Source: Protoeuglena noctilucae
Lineage: Eukaryota
DNA length: 64,000 nucleotides
Assembly (NCBI GenBank): GCA_958009085.1
Contig: OY253675.1
Coordinates: forward strand, 868,001 to 932,000
Reading direction: 5' to 3'
Both the position numbers and the translations under genes were made by a program. Within the stretch, counting starts at the first letter, position 1, and every line of letters starts with the position of its first letter. This document shows positions 59,501 to 64,000 of this stretch, piece by piece. The notes below the pieces were generated by a model. That model did not search any database and was not told where the DNA came from. It was given only the letters and a program-made list of their open reading frames with translations.

Positions 59501-60919
59501 CACAGCAGTGGTTCAGGTGGAGAGGGGTGACAATGTAGACTAAACATGTAGACTAAACACCGCAGCACGCGCCTTTGCATTCCGACCCACCCTCTGCGTG
59601 GATACAGCGACAAGCTCTTCCAGGACGTCTTGGCCGATGGAAGCGACCAGGAGGATGGCGATGACGAGGCCGTGCCTGCGGGAAGACCAGACAAGATCAA
59701 GGATGGAGTAGAGCTGTCGTCGGATGACGAGGAGGGGGCTGCAAATGGCGCGGGCGGGGCAAGTGTTGCGGAGGACTCTGATGAGGAGGAGGCGAGGGAC
59801 ATTCTTAGGATGAAGGAGCAGGTGATGACGTCAACGCCATCATTGCGCTTGCCGCTGCTTTCAACGTTGCCCATGGGAGCGAGCAATATTACACCCTGAA
59901 CGCGTTGTCACCTGCAGCATTTGGCGGGGGGGAGCGGGCGTGACAAGGCCGGAGAAAAGGGCAGCGCTGTCATGTCCTTGGCAGCGAAGCGGGACGCGAA
60001 ACGAGCTGGGTTTGAGGTGGTACGGGCAGAGTCGCCACGCCGCAGCAAGGGTGGAGCAGGGGATTCGGGGAGCGACAGCAGCAGAGATTCGAGCGACTCG
60101 GGTGACAGAGCTGGACAGAGCTTTTGTATGTACCTCATTGCAGCTTAACCACGTTGGAGCTTACCGGTGCATCGTCCTCCCCGCAGAGGACGAGTTCGAG
60201 GCCCTGCCGGACAACGCCAAGGCCGAGGTGCTGGCCCTGGCGCGCAAAATGATCCGGGCCAAGGGACGTCAGTCGATTCTGGACGCCGCATACAACCGCT
60301 ACGCTTTCCACGACGACAATCTCCCCGAGTGGTTTGAGGAGGACGAGGAGAAGCACATGAGGCCGCTGCCGCCCGTCACGCCAGAGGAGATCGAAGCTGA
60401 GAAGGCCCGCCTCCGAGCCATCGACGCGCGTCCCATCAAGAAAGTCGCGGAGGCGAAGGCGCGAAAGAAGAAGCGAGCCGTTGCAGCCATGGCGAAGGCA
60501 CAGGCCAAGGCAAGGGGCTGCTGGGAATGCAGAGCACTGTGTTCAAAAGTCCTTTCCATTTGCAAGACGTGCCCTGCACTGTGTTGTTCGCCCAGGCTCA
60601 GCAGGTGGCCGATCAGGAGGACGTGCCCATGGGCTCGCGCATGCGGGAGATCGCTCGCATCTACGCCAAGGCCAAGCGAACGGGGAAAGGGGTGAGCCGG
60701 CGACACTGTGGTGAAACCTTCAGTTGTCTTGTTGGTGTAAATAATATTCGACATGCACGCTTCTTGCAAAAGCAGGGGAAGGGTGGCAAGGGCCGCGACA
60801 ACAAGCGCAAGGGGCCACCGCTGGATAAGCGACTGAAGAAGGACCTTCGGGGCCAGAAGAAAGCCGGGAGGGGACGTGGGGGGAAAGCTCGTGGGGGTAT
60901 CAGGAAGGGTGGGAGGTAA
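56513..60919 (+). CDS. SPB1: Pre-rRNA 2'-O-ribose methyltransferase SPB1/FTSJ3, about 15 exons
   Basis: [88 protein letters not shown]. Confidence 0.97.
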
Positions 60920-61103
60920 AGGCGGCAGGGCTGTCAGTGCCCCTCGCAACTACTTGCTCATGATTGCATTTTCAGCAAGTGCTTGGAGGCTACAGGTACC
61001 AACCACGGCACTCATTACGGCACTCGTTGCGCAGCGCCTACCAACCAGCGCTTGTTTCTCCCAGCAACTCCGGCAGCTGCACTAAGGCCCATTTAAGCGT
61101 GTG

Positions 61104-63729
61104 CTACAAACCCTTGACAAAGAGCGTCGCGCTTGGAACGAGACCTGCCTCAGCGAGCGTTGCAGCAAAGTCTGCGTGTGAAAACGACCGCGCATGAGCT
61201 GCCGCACCGTAGTTTGTGCAAAAAGCGAATAGCATGCCCCCTGACAGCGGCACCTGTGTACGCCCTGGCCGGGAACGCACTGCGTATCTCGAATGCCGTG
61301 CCCGAGCGAAAGCGTGCAATCTTGGCGTGCAATGCTCCGATCGTGGAAGTTGCAGAAAGCTTGAAGACGAGGACCTGGCCATCTGCATTCTTGACTTGGA
61401 CTGTTGCACTCTGGTCAGGCGCGATTCCCTCAACATTCCCATCCTGTACGTCACAAAACCAAGGCATGCATGTTGCGTGGTCGCCTTCGTAAATGCCTTT
61501 ATCCTCGCATAAAGCTGCTATAACGATGCTGGGACCGACCTGGGACTGCCGCCGGCTTGTGGCGAGGCTTGACGCAGCCTCAGACAAGGCTCCACCGCGC
61601 TCTTCTTCAGCAAAGGGCATGTGGAAGTTGCTGTCGTCTCCACTGCGTACAGGCCACGATGGAAAAGCGATGGGCAAGAGTGATATCAGATAGACCTCCA
61701 GGCCACAAGACAGTGGGCTGTGCACACCTGAGCAGTCTTGCACCCGCGCCCTGTTTCATTGGTCGCCTCGCGGCCAGCAGCTGGTGAATGGCCGGCGTAT
61801 CCAGCATCGCGTCGAATGCTCTGCAAGCACACGATTGTGGACCCGTGACACAACCCGAAGCTGCACAAGGTGGCGTCACCGCTTGTCTCCTTACCCGTGG
61901 CTTGCACCGTCCCGTCTTGGAAGGGGAGGCCTGGCTTTGCCGGACAACACTTCCTCCACCCCGCTGCGTACTGGAACCACCTTGCCGTTCTGCAGGCACG
62001 GGAGGAAACAAAGCACCGTTTGGTTGCGTGCTCAACGTGTGTGCGCACAATGTGCCCCTTGCAGTTTGCGACGCAGCTTCTCGTCACCTTAATCACGGTC
62101 TGGGGGAGGCGCTTCAGGTATTCCTCCTTCGTCAGTGCGCGCGGCTTTCCAAGGTCCCCCATACTGCGCACATTGCCCTGCTGCGACTGAGCGGCACTGG
62201 CATCGCTGGCGCGGGACAACCCAGGAACAGGGGCGTCCCCGAAGGAGAGGTCGGTCTTGTCAATGAGCACGAGGTTGGCCCCGTCAGGGAAGTCCTCCCG
62301 CAGCTGCAACGAGACCAACGAATTGCAGTTGCACTTGCTTGAGTGCTCCAGGCCCAGGACAATGCAGTCAGCATCTCATGGCAGCATTCTCGCGCAACTG
62401 CACGAATCATAGGCCACTGGGACCGGCCAACATGTCAGGCAATGTAATGAAGATCAACTTTGCGGTCCGCTTACAGGAGGCCATGGCGATCTGCAAGTTA
62501 TTTGACGACACGGTGCACACCTGGAACGGATGGTACCCGTCCAAAATGTCCTGTAGCAGGGCGCGGCTGGAGATGTCACTGAAAGGCTGGAAGGGGAACA
62601 CGTGAAGCTGCAGACCATCCCTGCAAGCGAGGTAGAGCCGAGGGGTGCGCAAAACATGCCGACAGCAAGCAGCGCGGCACAACGTCGTATCCTGGTGCAC
62701 GCAAGGAGCGATGCATCCGCGCCGCTTCTGCCTCACTGGTACAGCGTCAGGGGGACGGTGGGCGCGCTCTGGCCCGTCTGAAGGTTCAGCCGTGCGACAT
62801 GACGCTCCAAAGCCTTGACGTCCAGTCCCAGCGAGGCAACGGTGCTCTTGCCCTTCTCCTCTGAAGGACGAGCGCGCGGATCATCCCGGACCGAGGCAGG
62901 CATCGCATTCCCACCGCCTTCGACCTCGACGTACTTGCCAGGGTCATCCTCGCCCACCCAGACCATGCCGTAATCGTTCAAGAACTTCTTGATGTCCCGC
63001 ACCTGCGGATGCAAGAGCGGCCGCGTGGACTCTGCGCCTGCACTCGAGTCCCGGTCGGATAGAGGAGGGGGGCGGCGAAACAGCCATCGGACCTGCCCCC
63101 ACGCCACGTTCAGCTCCCGCCTGAGCCGGCCGTTCTCGGCCCGCAGCCCCGCGATGATCGTCTGCTCGGTGTTGGACGAGGACTCCGCGGCATCTCCAGC
63201 CGTGTGCGCAGAAGCCAGGCGCTCCTGCAAGTCCCGGACCCTGCGTGCCTTGCAGGGCGAGGTTCAAGAGTCTAGCACGCGGCTGCCCAGGCTCAGCGCG
63301 CCACACGGTGGTCAAAAACGCCTACACTGCCCTCCCTGGCCCTCACTTGTCCTCCAGCTTCTTCTTGTCGATGTGGACCTGCTGGAACGTCGCGGCTTTC
63401 GCCTTGGCATCCGCCTCCAGGTCCCGAAGGCGACGAATGAGCGCCGTCATGAGCCCCGCTTCGCTCGTTATCGGCGCCCCCTGCGTCTCCCGACTGTCCT
63501 GAAACCGCGGGCCTTCCAGGGTGCTGTCGAGGACCTCGGGCGGCACGTCCAGCTTGCCCCTGAGACGTGCCACCACATTGCTGCAGAGCGACGGGCGTCG
63601 CGCGAAAAGCCATGGGTCGTGCGCGGCATGTTGACATTCACGAGGCAGAGCAATCGCTCTGCTCGACGGAGTCTGCGCACTCGCGCTCGTCGCGACGCAC
63701 CGGTCCATGTGCCTGTCCAGCCCGTTCAT
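61104..63729 (-). CDS. UBXN11: UBXN11/Socius-like protein (coiled coil, SEP and UBX domains; p97/CDC48 cofactor); start uncertain
   Basis: IKKFLNDYGMVWVG; LTLYQDG...PFQPF...LQDILDGYHPFQLREDFPDG; EEYLKRLPQTVIKNGKVV; FEIRSAFPARAY...TLAEAGLVPSATLFV. Confidence 0.85.
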
Positions 63730-64000
63730 GGCCGCGAACGACGCAGGGGATCGGGAGGAGCCCTCCTTGGCTTGAAATCAATGCCTTGTACCCTGCTACC
63801 TTCTTGCCGTGCAGTCTCAAGCGCTCCCTTCTCACGACGTTCCCAAAAAACTCTCCCAAGCTTCTCCAAGCTCGGGTCTCCGACGAAAGGCTCGCAAATG
63901 CACAGATTCGAAGCGAAACGTCACGTTCTACAAGCGACTGGGTCGCGTGACGCCGGCGGGGCGTGGGGAATGGATCACGGGGCTGGCGCAGCGTGGACTG

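Noticed and set aside
59533..59560. 13-bp tandem duplication TGTAGACTAAACA in an SPB1 intron
   Set aside because: Only two copies with no flanking element; most likely a local slippage duplication.
1..64000. Hundreds of long overlapping ORFs on both strands (e.g. 3855-5171, 8262-9539, 16611-18164, 39138-40592)
   Set aside because: They are Arg/Pro/Gly/Ala-rich shadow frames expected at this GC content, overlap identified genes and show no motifs.
1..64000. Introner-like repeated introns, CRISPR arrays, tRNA/rRNA, transposases
   Set aside because: Introns do not share evident sequence similarity by eye and no such signatures were seen. An all-vs-all intron alignment and tRNA/Rfam scans would be needed to exclude them fully.

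Overview
Eukaryotic, very GC-rich, gene-dense nuclear DNA with about 20 protein-coding genes split by many short (mostly 60-200 nt) spliceosomal introns. The plant/green-algal gene set (plastid stearoyl-ACP desaturase, plastid L27, PHT4, ABCI10, ARK-type kinesin) and occasional TGTAA downstream of stops suggest a chlorophyte green alga (inference). Most long six-frame ORFs are GC shadows; I rebuilt the genes exon by exon by eye. Left to right: SRI/SFR19-like-domain protein, DEDDh RNA exonuclease, plastid RPL27, CstF-77, TMEM131-like protein, arginyl-tRNA synthetase, stearoyl-ACP desaturase, CAMK-type kinase, PHT4 transporter, histidine phosphatase, RPN6, ARK-like kinesin, ABCI10, MFAP1, OSCP, an unknown protein, LACS, KLHDC4, SPB1/FTSJ3 and UBXN11-like. 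The most striking signal is in the splicing. There is an apparent U2-type AT-AC intron inside the kinesin motor domain (39259-39345), and GC-AG introns are far more common than usual (about 23 of roughly 140 introns, 4 of 6 in RPN6). No tRNA, rRNA, CRISPR array or transposon was recognised.
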